Origin: Macrostomum hystrix
Taxonomy: Eukaryota > Animalia > Platyhelminthes
Length of the DNA: 64,000 nucleotides
Direction: 5' to 3'
NCBI GenBank assembly: GCA_950097015.1
Contig: CATNEN010000039.1
Span: 9,672,001 to 9,736,000, forward strand
Shown here: positions 62,765-64,000 of the stretch, piece after piece
How positions within the stretch are numbered: position 1 is the stretch's first letter
Layout of the letters: every line of letters begins with the position of its first letter
Translations under genes and position numbers: made by a program
The notes under the pieces: generated by a model
Database searches by the model: none
What the model saw: only the letters and a program-made list of their open reading frames with translations
What the model was told of the DNA's origin: nothing

Positions 62765-63330
62765 TGCTGTCTCATCTTCCTGTCTCCTGTCTCATCTCTC
62801 TCTTATCTTATCTCTCTCCTGTCTCATCTCTCTCTTATCTTATCTCTCTCCTGTCTTATCTCTCTCTTATCTTATCTCTCTCCTGTCTCATCTCTCTCTT
62901 ATCTTATCTCTCTCCTGTCTCATCTCTCTCTTATCTTATCTCTCTCCTGTCTTATCTCTCTCTTATCTTATCTCTCTCCTGTCTCATCTCTCTCTTATCT
63001 TATCTCTCTCCTGTCTCATCTCTCTCTTATCTTATCTCTCTCCTGTCTTATCTCTCTCTTATCTTATCTCTCTCCTGTCTCATCTCTCTCTTATCTTATA
63101 TCTCTCCTGTCTTATCTCTCTCTTATCTTATCTCTCTCCTGTCTCATCTCTCTCTTATCTTATCTCTCTCCTGTCTCATCTCTCTCTTATCTTATCTCTC
63201 TCCTGTCTTATCTCTCTCTTATCTTATCTCTCTCCTGTCTCATCTCTCTCTTATCTTATCTCTCTCCTGTCTCATCTCTCCCCAATCTCATCCTTCTCCT
63301 GTCTCATCTCTCCCATCTTATTTCTCTCCT
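62765..63330. repeat. CT-rich compound repeat between STUB1 and TOPORS
   Basis: CTCTCTCCTGTCTCAT/CTTATCTTAT modules. Confidence 0.93.
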
Positions 63331-63652
63331 TTCAACTATTTTTCATCGTCTTATCTTTGTCCTATCTAATATCTTTCCTGTCTGTTTTCTCCGTGTCCCA
63401 TCATTACGCTTAGTAATTAAGCTTGACAACCTTGACAATAAAAAAGCATGCTGTCTTTGATATCGTTAAAAAGGCCCCTAAAAAACAGCTAATAAAATTT
63501 ACTAATGTACAAGTAGACAGACTACTGTGGCATAAATTGAAAATTTGTGCACAAAATCTGATTTTTTTCTCTCTGTTTCTCCTGTGTATCCAGTTAATTA
63601 ATTATCGCATCACAATAAATTGCGCGTGTTTAATCTAAACGTGGAGGTCGGA

Positions 63653-64000
63653 TTAGAAATCTTCAGCCCAAGGATTTGTCTCCAGGAAGGTGCCAACAAC
63701 CTCTTTCATAGCCAGATTTGGCACCAGCTGGTCCACAGTTAGCGGCTTCCTGGTGATGGGATCGAAATGGCCAACCCTGTGCAGGTGATCTTCAATGTCA
63801 CGCCGATCATACGTGATGCCGGACGGCGAGATGACCGGATCACGCATCAGATCGAAGCTGATCTTGCCGCAAAGGACTTCGGGAACGTCGCGCTTCTGAC
63901 GCCGGTCGTCAACAGTGGCCAGGAGCTCCGCGAGGCGGGCAGTCATGTCTGCGCAATGCTGGTCCACGGCAGCCAACTCCGAGGCTGTCTGCGCATCGGC
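63653..64000 (-). CDS. STUB1: STUB1/CHIP co-chaperone E3 ligase, C-terminal U-box (partial, runs off the window)
   Basis: [70 protein letters not shown]-stop matches the CHIP U-box C-terminus. Confidence 0.95.
   Translation of the reverse strand, partial: ADAQTASELAAVDQHCADMTARLAELLATVDDRRQKRDVPEVLCGKISFDLMRDPVISPSGITYDRRDIEDHLHRVGHFDPITRKPLTVDQLVPNLAMKEVVGTFLETNPWAEDF

Noticed and set aside
9406-63460. Long periodic ORFs (e.g. 9406-10253, 11749-12848, 35466-36334, 54925-56424, 62612-63460)
   Set aside because: They are translations of stop-free minisatellite units, mostly without ATG, overlapping in several frames and often intronic.

Overview
Eukaryotic invertebrate genomic DNA with spliceosomal GT-AG introns. 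The extreme density of 20-60 bp minisatellites, the GC-rich polyQ/polyA-laden exons and an innexin suggest a free-living flatworm such as Macrostomum (inference only). Six protein-coding genes can be reconstructed: mitochondrial phosphate carrier SLC25A3 (+, 3 coding exons), an innexin (+, 2 coding exons), a myosuppressin/FMRFamide-type peptide GPCR (-, 2 exons), CDK8 (-, 6 exons), TOPORS (-, single coding exon) and the 3' end of STUB1/CHIP (-). Mobile elements: three copies of a tRNA-derived CORE-type SINE, a 5'-truncated LINE inserted with a TSD into a minisatellite, and an IS630/Tc1-like relic with 204 bp inverted repeats. About 30 distinct tandem arrays fill introns and intergenic space, and they account for most long ORFs in the ORF track. 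The most unusual signal is the organisation of these arrays: a shared ACTGA pentamer in many unrelated units, paired arrays bracketing an exon or a spacer, cores shared between distant arrays, arrays resembling transposon subterminal repeats, and one array that amplifies a branch point. All counts and alignments were done by eye.
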